DNA of 64,000 nt from Candidatus Babeliales bacterium (lineage in GTDB: Bacteria > Babelota > Babeliae > Babelales > JACPOV01): positions 128,001-192,000 of the forward strand of contig JBFWNW010000004.1 in the NCBI GenBank assembly GCA_050250855.1, read 5' to 3'. Of this stretch, positions 1-8,422 are shown in pieces. Made by a program: the position numbers and the translations under genes. The notes below the pieces were generated by a model. It did not search any database. It worked only from the letters and a program-made list of their open reading frames with translations, and had not been told where the DNA came from. Numbering within the stretch: position 1 is the first letter of the stretch; the number at the start of each line of letters is the position of its first letter.

Positions 1-524
1 GCTGCCGCAAAAAGGTGGGTTATTTTGCCTTCTGTTTGTTCCCAAAGTTCAGGCCCCAATGAGCGGTAATGCGCTTCTGAATTGGAAAGATTAAAATATT
101 GATTAGGCATGAATGAGTTAGGGGTTGCTTTATGAAGTTCAACCGCTTTAGCATGATAGCTTTCAGGATCTTCTAAAGAGCTTGTTGGTTTGCATATAAT
201 AGTTTGAGCACCATATGCTCTGATTGCTTGTAATTTTTCTAAGCTTATTTTTTCAGAAACGGTGATAATAACTTTATAGCCCTTCATGGCACCAATCATG
301 GCGGTTGCTATGCCCTGGTTGCCCGATGAAGCATCAATAATGGTACCGCCAGGCTTGAGTTGTCCAGTTCGCTCAGCTTCTTCGATCATAAAAAGTGCAG
401 AACGGTCTTTTATGCTACCGCCTGGATTAAGATATTCTAATTTAGCAAGGACAGTTGCTTTTGTTTTGAAATCTACGTTAACAAGAGGAGTATTGCCTAT
501 GGCTTTTGTAAGAGATTTATGCAT
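1..524 (-). CDS. PLP-dependent cysteine synthase / cystathionine beta-synthase family protein (3' end runs off the window)
   Basis: Manual minus-strand translation from ATG at 524: MHKSLTKAIGNTPLV...AKLEYLNPGGSIKDRSA...DASSGNQGIA...NQYFN, the family motifs including the PLP lysine (SIKDR). Not in the ORF track because it is truncated. Confidence 0.92.
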   Translation of the reverse strand, partial: MHKSLTKAIGNTPLVNVDFKTKATVLAKLEYLNPGGSIKDRSALFMIEEAERTGQLKPGGTIIDASSGNQGIATAMIGAMKGYKVIITVSEKISLEKLQAIRAYGAQTIICKPTSSLEDPESYHAKAVELHKATPNSFMPNQYFNLSNSEAHYRSLGPELWEQTEGKITHLFAA

Positions 525-602
525 ATAGTTCCTTAATGTTTTTTGAAAATTAGTTTTAAATAAGCAATAGTTTTGTCAGTGTAACATTATTGCATTCACT
601 GT

Positions 603-1739
603 CTACTTGGTGTTAATGTTTTGGTAAAGCTGAATGTGCTTTTCAATCATAGTATCAATGGTAAAATCATCTAACTGATCATGATACGCACTAAGTGTGC
701 GATATAAATCATTATTACTTGATAAAGCTATCATGCCATGTGCTAAAGATTGCCAAGATTTTGGTTTATATAAATAGCCATTTACGCCATCCATAACAAC
801 ATCATGAATGCCGCCAGTATTATATGAAAGTATTGGTAGTTGCATTAAGCGTGCTTCTACAACTGCACAAGGAAGACCTTCCCATAAAGAACTTAAAACA
901 AAAGCATTCCATTGTTGTAAAAATTGCGCGACATTAGTTTGCCAGCCATGGAGTTTTACTGCATTGCTTAAGTTGTTTTCTTTAATCCATTGCTCAAGGG
1001 CTTCTCTTTGTTTGCCATCGCCAATTATTTCAAGTATTACATGAGGGTTTTTGCTATGACATTCTTTAAAGGCATAAAGAAGATCAAAAAGATTTTTTTG
1101 CTTTTTAAAACATGAAATAGTACCAAATACAAAGGGCTGAGAGGAAAAAGTTTTTTTACTGGGAATGAATTTTTCTTGGTCAACGCTTGCGCGAATGATT
1201 GAATATTTTTTACTAAAAAATGGTAACAGTTTAATACCAACTTTAACGTCATATGAAGATACGCATATGTAATGGGTGGTAATCAATGATGTAATGAGCT
1301 CTAGAAAATAATTAACGAGCCATCCTAGTTTATGCTGGTAAGGATGAAATCCAAAACCATGTACCGTGTGTATACGGTTTGCCACGCCAGCGAACAATGC
1401 AGCCCATCTACCGACTAAACCAGCTTTTGTGCTATGAGTGTGGACAATAAGATCAGGAAACTTTTTTTTAATGTTTCTAATATGCTGAATAACAGTAAAA
1501 AAGTTTTTAATTTCAGTTACCAGCTGCCAAAATGAAACCTCTCTTTTTAATGAATCGAGTAAATAAATAGAAGGGGTTTGCGTAATGCTTTCTGCCAAGG
1601 TCCCCTCTTTGCCAGAAAGCAAAAAGGTTTCATGGTTGCTCTCTTTTAGATTATTAAAGAGCGAAAGACATATTTTTTGTGCACCACCAAGTTCTAATTT
1701 TGTGATGATGTAAAGTACATGAAGCTCCTTTTTTTTCAT
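603..1739 (-). CDS. Glycosyltransferase family 4 (GT-B fold)
   Basis: ITKLELGGAQ N-terminus, HTHSTKAG, IHTVHGF and SLWEGLPCAVVEA (EX7E) motifs. Confidence 0.92.
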   Translation of the reverse strand: MKKKELHVLYIITKLELGGAQKICLSLFNNLKESNHETFLLSGKEGTLAESITQTPSIYLLDSLKREVSFWQLVTEIKNFFTVIQHIRNIKKKFPDLIVHTHSTKAGLVGRWAALFAGVANRIHTVHGFGFHPYQHKLGWLVNYFLELITSLITTHYICVSSYDVKVGIKLLPFFSKKYSIIRASVDQEKFIPSKKTFSSQPFVFGTISCFKKQKNLFDLLYAFKECHSKNPHVILEIIGDGKQREALEQWIKENNLSNAVKLHGWQTNVAQFLQQWNAFVLSSLWEGLPCAVVEARLMQLPILSYNTGGIHDVVMDGVNGYLYKPKSWQSLAHGMIALSSNNDLYRTLSAYHDQLDDFTIDTMIEKHIQLYQNINTK

Positions 1740-1767
1740 ATAATTCTTTCACTGCATAGATTTTTTC

Positions 1768-2724
1768 TTATCGTAGAAAGATGATGAGAATAGCCGTAAG
1801 CAGAGCATAGACTGCCGCAGCATCTATAATTCCCTGTCCAAACATACTCGTTTGAGACAAGATACTGTAATGCTCAGGGTTGGATGAAATTTTTTCACAA
1901 GCTTTTGATGCCAATTTGCTTGAACTTAAACTTGGTCCCAATGTACCAATTCCTATACACAAAGCTGCTGCTACTGCTCGAATTGAAGTAAGAGTAGTCG
2001 GTTCATTTATTGGTATTAATAAAACAAGTGAAACAGCAAAAGCAAAGATTAATGGTGTTTCTATGATTCCTTCGCTCATAAGAGTAAAGGGTAATATTTT
2101 TGCATAAGAACTACGGTTAACACTAATGCCTTTACATGCTTGTTCTGCGAAGATTGAAAGTCCTATTGCAGGGCCTATTGAACCTATTCCTATAGCAAGT
2201 CCTGCGGCAAGAAGCTGAAATGCTTGTGCCGTAGTTTCTAGTGAAGTAACTTGAGCTTTTATAAGAAGAGCAACTAAAAAGCCAAAAAGAACTGAACTTT
2301 GAATAACAGATTGTGTAATGAACATAAGGTTAAGAATATTTTGACTAAAGAATGGTTGTCTTGCAATAGCATAGCAGGTGCTTTTTACCGGGAGGGCTGA
2401 AATAATTCCTACAACAAAACTAGTAATACCAATTGCAAAGGTAATGCCAAGTTCTGCAATGCTATTAGAAAGGCTATGTACAAGGTGTTCAGGAGTTTTT
2501 AGAAAAAGAATAATAGTAATGATGAGCGCTAAAATGGTAGAAGTTTCTATCAGAGCAAGACCAATAAGAGATGCTCGAACAATTTCAGATTTTGCACGAG
2601 GTTGAATATTCAGAGCTTGCATAGAAGCTACGCTGCTTATTCCTCCTCCTATGGCACCACCCAGAACGCATAGTACGGTAATAAGAAAAATACTAGTAAC
2701 ATGTAGTAATATAGCTATTTCCAT
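1768..2724 (-). CDS. atpE: F-type ATP synthase subunit c with four fused helical hairpins
   Basis: Four ~80-aa repeats with Gly-rich helix 1, QP/RQP/NP loops and ALIET / SVIQS / GIIET / GIIDA in helix 2; directly downstream of atpB. Confidence 0.85.
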   Translation of the reverse strand: MEIAILLHVTSIFLITVLCVLGGAIGGGISSVASMQALNIQPRAKSEIVRASLIGLALIETSTILALIITIILFLKTPEHLVHSLSNSIAELGITFAIGITSFVVGIISALPVKSTCYAIARQPFFSQNILNLMFITQSVIQSSVLFGFLVALLIKAQVTSLETTAQAFQLLAAGLAIGIGSIGPAIGLSIFAEQACKGISVNRSSYAKILPFTLMSEGIIETPLIFAFAVSLVLLIPINEPTTLTSIRAVAAALCIGIGTLGPSLSSSKLASKACEKISSNPEHYSILSQTSMFGQGIIDAAAVYALLTAILIIFLR

Positions 2725-2726
2725 AA

Positions 2727-3467
2727 TTACGATTCTTCCGTATGTTCTTCTTGAATTGAAAGGGCAAGATACGTCAATGAAAGCATAGCAAAGACATATG
2801 CTTGAATAGCGCCGTCAAAAATTACAAAAAAAGTTAGAATTACAAAATTTAATCCAGAGATAAGGCCAGCCGTTTGAAGGATAACTGATCCTCCTATTAG
2901 CGTTCTATAAAGCTCTACAATAATAGATCCTGCAAAAATGTTACCAAAAAGACGGAAAGAAAGAGATATAATTTTTGAAAAATGACCAATTACATTAATA
3001 GGAAACATCAAGAAAAATGGAGTACAAAATTCTTTTAAATATCCCCAGCGTTGATGCTTTATGGCATAAAAATCTTTATAAAAAAATGCTATTAAAGCGA
3101 GCCCAAGTGTAGTATTAAGATCTTGTGTTGGTTCATGAGCCCATGGAATAACGCCAATAAAGTTGCACGTTAAGATGAACAAAAATATAGAAAATATAAA
3201 ACTAAAATGATTATAAGCAAAGTAGCCTATAGTTTGGGAGACCAACTCAACAAACGAATTGATGCTTGAGAGGATAAGATACCGTGCAACATTTTGTTTT
3301 CGTTCAATGATGAGCCGACAAAGAATAACTAAACCCGTAAGGAGTAAGAGAACAAACCAGGTATGAATTACTGTTTGACTATTTATTTCTAGGAATGAAG
3401 AATCGATACCAAAAAATGTGCCAAGGTTCCACGTCTTTTGTTCAAGGGAATCAAATTCAACTGCCAT
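2727..3467 (-). CDS. atpB: F-type ATP synthase subunit a
   Basis: PTQDLNTT, SLSFRLFGNIFAG (essential Arg) and IQAYVFAMLSLTY motifs. Confidence 0.96.
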   Translation of the reverse strand: MAVEFDSLEQKTWNLGTFFGIDSSFLEINSQTVIHTWFVLLLLTGLVILCRLIIERKQNVARYLILSSINSFVELVSQTIGYFAYNHFSFIFSIFLFILTCNFIGVIPWAHEPTQDLNTTLGLALIAFFYKDFYAIKHQRWGYLKEFCTPFFLMFPINVIGHFSKIISLSFRLFGNIFAGSIIVELYRTLIGGSVILQTAGLISGLNFVILTFFVIFDGAIQAYVFAMLSLTYLALSIQEEHTEES

Positions 3468-3726
3468 TCAGGACCTTATTATTTAAAATAGTTAACCATG
3501 CACCAATAAAAAATGGTGTTACTATGAGTATAAAGGGGACTGAGGGGCTTTTCAATAGATAAAAAAATATTCCTGTTATTGCGATTATTCGCAGAAATGA
3601 AAAAGCGCTACTGTATAAGAAGGGATAGTTAGAAGTAAGAGAGCGGGCTTTCGTCCATTTGAACGAAAGCCCGTATATAATGCCGATTAATATGCTTAGT
3701 AGGGGTAAAACAAAGGAGTTTAGCAT
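3457..3726 (-). CDS. Small membrane protein, AtpI/AtpR-like by position
   Basis: 89 aa hydrophobic, overlaps the atpB start; SFLRI segment resembles AtpI/AtpR-type proteins. Confidence 0.5.
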   Translation of the reverse strand: MLNSFVLPLLSILIGIIYGLSFKWTKARSLTSNYPFLYSSAFSFLRIIAITGIFFYLLKSPSVPFILIVTPFFIGAWLTILNNKVLNGS

Positions 3727-3732
3727 GATGCT

Positions 3733-5157
3733 TTATAGTTTCTTAATCCCTTTGTTATGCCAGTATTCTGCGATGATAGATTGAGATCCTGAAATTACAA
3801 TAAGACCATGTCTTTCATCGACAGATTGTTTTGCAAGGTCAAAAGCTTCTTGGAAATTAGCAGCAGATTTTGCTTTAATTTTTAAGCTTTTAACATCATT
3901 TGTTATTTGCTCAACATCCCATGATTTCTCTACAAGACCAGGAACTGCTTCTGAAATAGGACAGAAAATAATAGTTGCTGAGTTTTTCTTGGTAAAGTAG
4001 CGAAGAAGTTTTAAGAATTCTTCAGTATTCATCAAGTTTTTATCACAAGCAAATATGAATGCAAGTCCTTTTAGTGGTCTTTGGTAATGCATTAAGCGAA
4101 TACCAAGAAGAAGATTCTCAAGGGCATCAACGTTGCGCGCTACATCAAGTAAAATTGATGGTTTCTCTTTATCAAGAAGTTGGAAGCGTGCAGGAAGTTG
4201 AGACGTTGTTTCTTTCCAGAATTGCTCAAGTGTTTTTTTAGGATTAAGTTCAGCATGGCGCTTAGCTTCTAGCGTAGGACGACCACGTTGACCTTTTTGC
4301 TTAATTAACAAGCTATGTTCTGTAACAATTGCTTCTTCTATGAATTCATCAACAAAGATTTGGCAAATTCGTTCAGCAAGTGCCGCACAGCGGCCATGAA
4401 GTTGTTCAAAAGGATAATTTAATGTAGCAAGTTTACGAATAGGCATAGCCCATGTTGCACCAACACGTTTTGCTTCATCTATCATAACTTGTAAGTTTGC
4501 CTTACTTTGATCTGCAGAAACTATGTGAGTTTCGCTTGTTATATTGACCAATAAATCCTTTATGATAGCATCCAGAGATTTTTCTTGATGAGGAAGCGTG
4601 TTATCAGTAACGCGAGTTATCGCAACAACTTTCGGACTGCAGATAGTAAAAGGATCAAATCCTGAACGCTCACGCATTTCAAGAAGAGCTATATCTACAT
4701 TTTGTTGTTTGAAATAAACGAGAGCTATTGCCGCTAAAATATCAAGCGTGCTTGCTTTAAGGTTATTTATTTCTGCAGTATTAATAACTTCGTTTGCAAT
4801 TTCAGTAAACGTTTTATTAGAAATACTTTCATTATTAAGGACAAATTGCTCATTGTAGGTTAATGTATGCGGTGTATAGAAAGCACCAACTTTATAACCT
4901 TCATTTTTTAAAAGAGTAGAAGCAAAATGTACTGTTAATCCTTTACCATTGGTTCCACCAATTAAGGCGATCTTGAGATCTTTTGATGGGTTGCCAAGAG
5001 CCTTATCAAGGGCTTTCATAGTAACTAAATCTTCTTTAGTGCGCGTTTTCCAGCGTGAATCCAAATATTCAGCTATTTCATTATAGCTGCGTTGGACGCC
5101 AGGGGTGATCTGTTTTGTGCTTGGTGTTTTTCGTGTGTTGATCATAATATTCTCCAC
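3733..5157 (-). CDS. Divergent FolC-like (folylpolyglutamate synthase / Mur ligase superfamily) protein
   Basis: P-loop GGTNGKG, FYTPH, PARFQ...ILLDVARN, VISGS; several canonical FolC motifs are altered. Confidence 0.75.
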   Translation of the reverse strand: MENIMINTRKTPSTKQITPGVQRSYNEIAEYLDSRWKTRTKEDLVTMKALDKALGNPSKDLKIALIGGTNGKGLTVHFASTLLKNEGYKVGAFYTPHTLTYNEQFVLNNESISNKTFTEIANEVINTAEINNLKASTLDILAAIALVYFKQQNVDIALLEMRERSGFDPFTICSPKVVAITRVTDNTLPHQEKSLDAIIKDLLVNITSETHIVSADQSKANLQVMIDEAKRVGATWAMPIRKLATLNYPFEQLHGRCAALAERICQIFVDEFIEEAIVTEHSLLIKQKGQRGRPTLEAKRHAELNPKKTLEQFWKETTSQLPARFQLLDKEKPSILLDVARNVDALENLLLGIRLMHYQRPLKGLAFIFACDKNLMNTEEFLKLLRYFTKKNSATIIFCPISEAVPGLVEKSWDVEQITNDVKSLKIKAKSAANFQEAFDLAKQSVDERHGLIVISGSQSIIAEYWHNKGIKKL

Positions 5158-5353
5158 TCAAATTTAAGTATTAAACCTATATTCCTCCAAAACCTACCAT
5201 TTTTTTGAGAGAAAACTTATACCTAATTGGCCAATAGAACTATTTTCTATTTTGAACTAGATTAATTTTAATGATATACTTTAATTTAAAAATGTCAAAC
5301 TATAAATTTTAGTTTAAAAAGCTAAGGTATTTATTTACAAAAGATTAAAAAAG

Positions 5354-5968
5354 ATGAAAAAGCTATTTTATTGGGAAAATAAGGCAGATTTGCCACAAAT
5401 AGTAACATTGCTCAATGATGGAAACATTTCTATTTGTAACACTGATACTGTTCTTGGATTTTTGGCAAAAGTATCAGAGGATGCCTTTCGAAAAATAAAT
5501 AATCTTAAAGGGCGCCAGGAAAAGCCCTATATTGTTTTAGTTTCTTCGCCGCAAGAGGCTTCTGAGTGGGCTTGTCTAGAGCATGAAAAGGTTAAAAAAA
5601 TTATAGCCCGTTGCTGGCCTGGCCCTGTAACGTTGATTTTGTCCGCAAAGGATACATTGCCGCCCTATGCGCAATCTAAGAATAAGACGATAGCTCTTCG
5701 TATGCCCGCCCATGAAGGCTTATTATCGGTTATCAAACAAACAGGGCCACTTTTTTCTACCAGCGCCAATAAGGCAGGTGAGCCAGTGCCAGCTACTTTG
5801 CAGGATATTAATCCAGAAATTTTAGAGTCGATTGATTTTCTTGTTACAGATAGAAAACCTAAAGAAGAGGTTCTTCCTTCAACTATCATTGATTGTACGA
5901 ATCCTGATGATATTAAAATAATTCGGGCTGGTAGTTTTGCTAACGAATTGACGAGTTTGTTGCGATAA
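5354..5968 (+). CDS. tsaC: L-threonylcarbamoyladenylate synthase (Sua5/YrdC/TsaC)
   Basis: TDTVLG, LKGR..KP, WPGPVT, IALRMP, STSAN, PSTIID motifs. Confidence 0.93.
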   Translation: MKKLFYWENKADLPQIVTLLNDGNISICNTDTVLGFLAKVSEDAFRKINNLKGRQEKPYIVLVSSPQEASEWACLEHEKVKKIIARCWPGPVTLILSAKDTLPPYAQSKNKTIALRMPAHEGLLSVIKQTGPLFSTSANKAGEPVPATLQDINPEILESIDFLVTDRKPKEEVLPSTIIDCTNPDDIKIIRAGSFANELTSLLR

Positions 5969-6078
5969 TTTTATGCGGATACAGCGCGCTTTTTTTAAAT
6001 GACTTATTAAAACTATTGCTTTTTGAGTAGTTGAGTTAGGTACAATAAAATCAAGTAGTTGAGGTTAGGGGGGAGAGG

Positions 6079-6570
6079 GTGATGAAAAGAGTGCGACATA
6101 TACACGGATTTACATTAATTGAGTTAATGATCGTCGTTGCTATAGTTGCATTCCTCTCTATGATCTCAATGCCAAGTTTCATGCGTTTTCTTTCAAAGGC
6201 AAAGCGTGCCGAGGCGTATATGAATCTTGGTTCACTTTCTATAGCTCAAAAAGCTTATCATGCCGAGCATGGCAAATTTACTCCAAATTTAAGTGGCGCA
6301 GAAAGTGTTGGTTGGAAACCAGAAGGTTATTCTGGTGGTGGTTCGGGAGAACGCTTTTATTATACGTATGGTTTTTCTGAAGGCCAAGAAGGCCAACAAC
6401 ATTTTACTGGAAAACTTAATACGCCAGCTTCTGACCTAAAACAAACGCAAGCAAGTAAAGATAAATTTACTGCAGCTGCGGCAGGAGATATTGATGGCGA
6501 TGGTCAACCAGATATTTTAACCGTCAATGAATATAATGATATAAAAATTGTCCAAGACGATTTGGCATGA
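6079..6570 (+). CDS. pilA: Type IV pilin (major pilin-like)
   Basis: Prepilin motif G|FTLIELMIVVAIV, AKRAEA..NL helix, C-terminal FTAAAAGDIDGD; G-rich SD upstream. Confidence 0.88.
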   Translation: MMKRVRHIHGFTLIELMIVVAIVAFLSMISMPSFMRFLSKAKRAEAYMNLGSLSIAQKAYHAEHGKFTPNLSGAESVGWKPEGYSGGGSGERFYYTYGFSEGQEGQQHFTGKLNTPASDLKQTQASKDKFTAAAAGDIDGDGQPDILTVNEYNDIKIVQDDLA

Positions 6571-6944
6571 AACTTTTTTTCTTTACCATTCTTTTTTTTT
6601 CTACTCTTTTTTTAAATGTTCTTTTGCAACCCTATATTGTTGCATGGAAAAACGAACAATGGTGGTATGTGCCAGCTTCATTATTTTTATCATACAAAAA
6701 TATAGCAGCAGATTATTATTGGCTGAAATTATTATCTGATAGTACTACGCGCCATTTTTATACTGATATAGATTATATTACTTCATTGGATGAATCGTTT
6801 GATATAGTGTATCGTTACGGTTTTATTGTATTGTATACGTATAAAAATAGAAAAGATTTAGCATTCCGGATTCTAAAAAAATATAAAAAAAATGGTGTGC
6901 AAAAAAGAACTTTTTTTTATATGAATGAGGCTAGATGCCCATAA
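6567..6944 (+). CDS. Hypothetical protein coupled to pilA (ATGA overlap)
   Basis: ATGA overlap with the pilA stop; N-terminal hydrophobic anchor; AADYYWL motif. Confidence 0.55.
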   Translation: MKLFFFTILFFSTLFLNVLLQPYIVAWKNEQWWYVPASLFLSYKNIAADYYWLKLLSDSTTRHFYTDIDYITSLDESFDIVYRYGFIVLYTYKNRKDLAFRILKKYKKNGVQKRTFFYMNEARCP

Positions 6945-7695
6945 GTATAAGATTGAGGATCTCTTTTTGAAAGAGAACATAGAGCATTGCTCCACTAGCA
7001 AGAAATGGGCCAAAAGGGATTTTTATACCAACTAAAGATCTTTTGTAAGCAAGCATAATAAAAATACCACCACATGTTCCCATGAGCGAAGCAATAAGCA
7101 ATGTGGTCCACCAACCAATAAATCCTATGCATGATCCTATGAAAGCAAGAAGTTCAACGTCACCTTGTCCCATGCCAACTTTTTTAGTTATCAAACAATA
7201 TGCGTACCCTATAGCAAAAAGAAAAAGATAAGCAGTTAAGGAGCCGATAATACTTTCTTGCCATGAAAGGGGAAGTATGCCAAAAAAACTACTAAGATAA
7301 CCAAAAGGAATAAGCCATAAGGTGACAAAGCGAGAAAGCAGTAATGTTTCTAAATCTGTGCGTATGGAAATAATAAGAGCAGAGAAAAATATAAAATAAC
7401 CAGGCCAGTAACAAAGAGGCGTAGTAAGCGTAAGGCCATAAAAACTGAGAGCGGTAATAGCTTCAATAAAAGGATAAAGCAACGATATAGGCTGTTTGCA
7501 AGAACGACAAGAACCTTTAAGAAGCAACCAAGAAAGAAGAGGAATATTATCGTACCAAGCAATAATAGTTTTACAGGAGGGACATTGAGATCGAGGAGAA
7601 AAAAATGGAATAGAAGTTGAAATTAAACGAAATGCGATAACATTTAAGAATGATCCCCAACATAAAAAAAGTGGTATTAAAAGGACCGTAGTCAA
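6931..7695 (-). CDS. pilD: Prepilin peptidase / N-methyltransferase (A24)
   Basis: GSFLNV, PRSQCPSC...NIPLLSW...CRSC, MGQGDVEL, IPFGPFL. Confidence 0.95.
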   Translation of the reverse strand: MTTVLLIPLFLCWGSFLNVIAFRLISTSIPFFSPRSQCPSCKTIIAWYDNIPLLSWLLLKGSCRSCKQPISLLYPFIEAITALSFYGLTLTTPLCYWPGYFIFFSALIISIRTDLETLLLSRFVTLWLIPFGYLSSFFGILPLSWQESIIGSLTAYLFLFAIGYAYCLITKKVGMGQGDVELLAFIGSCIGFIGWWTTLLIASLMGTCGGIFIMLAYKRSLVGIKIPFGPFLASGAMLYVLFQKEILNLILMGI

Positions 7696-7698
7696 ATG

Positions 7699-8064
7699 TT
7701 AACTTTCTGATTTAACTTTATCAAGTAATTCTTCAAGATGAGCTTGCTTTTCATAGCGATCATCGAACATAAAGCGAAGTTCTGGCACATAACGAGATTC
7801 TATTTTTCCTGCTAATGCTTTGCGCATTGAGCCTCTATAAAGTTTCAAAATCTCTAAGATTTCATTAAAAAAATTTTCGCCTTCAGGCGTATAAAAATAA
7901 GCAGTACAAATGCTTTTGTCTGGCGAGAGTGAAACTCTACTTAATGAAATACCTCGTGTACGAGGATCATCAAGATTCAGCTGAAATAAAAGCTGCGATA
8001 TTTCACGGAAAAAAAGTTTTTCTTTTTGAGCTCGTTTAATATCAGAAACAGATGGATGTGTCAT
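7699..8064 (-). CDS. rbfA: Ribosome-binding factor A
   Basis: DDPR, VSLSPD, RYVPELRFMFD motifs. Confidence 0.93.
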   Translation of the reverse strand: MTHPSVSDIKRAQKEKLFFREISQLLFQLNLDDPRTRGISLSRVSLSPDKSICTAYFYTPEGENFFNEILEILKLYRGSMRKALAGKIESRYVPELRFMFDDRYEKQAHLEELLDKVKSES

Positions 8065-8104
8065 GTACCAGCAATCAAATAATGAAGAACTATAAAAGGA
8101 ATAT

Positions 8105-8314
8105 TTAGATTAATTTTTGAGATGCCATGCGGATATAATTTTGCTTTATAGCGCGCATTAAGCGTTTACGTTTTTTTTGTGTAGGTGATTCAAAATATAC
8201 CAAACGTTTCATATCGCGGACAATACCTTCACGCTCAATTTTTTTCTTAAGCTGACGTAATGCTTTTTCTATATTGTGGCCAACATTGATAGAGATATTT
8301 GCTTTTTTGCTCAT
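8105..8314 (-). CDS. rpsU: 30S ribosomal protein S21
   Basis: NIEKALRQLKKK..EG...YFESPT.K pattern, 69 aa, basic. Confidence 0.93.
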   Translation of the reverse strand: MSKKANISINVGHNIEKALRQLKKKIEREGIVRDMKRLVYFESPTQKKRKRLMRAIKQNYIRMASQKLI

Positions 8315-8422
8315 AAGATCTAAATAGTTCCTTTCAAACTGTAATATTTTATTTTCAAAATTATAATTACATCCATTCTATATTTTTTCTATAAGAAAGT
8401 CTAGAGATTGACTATAATTCTT

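Noticed and set aside
286..528. Plus-strand 80-aa ORF
   Set aside because: Antisense shadow of the cysteine synthase-family gene.
6570..6615. Poly-T runs as phase-variation tracts
   Set aside because: Runs of 7-9 T or A are common throughout this AT-rich window; no specific evidence.
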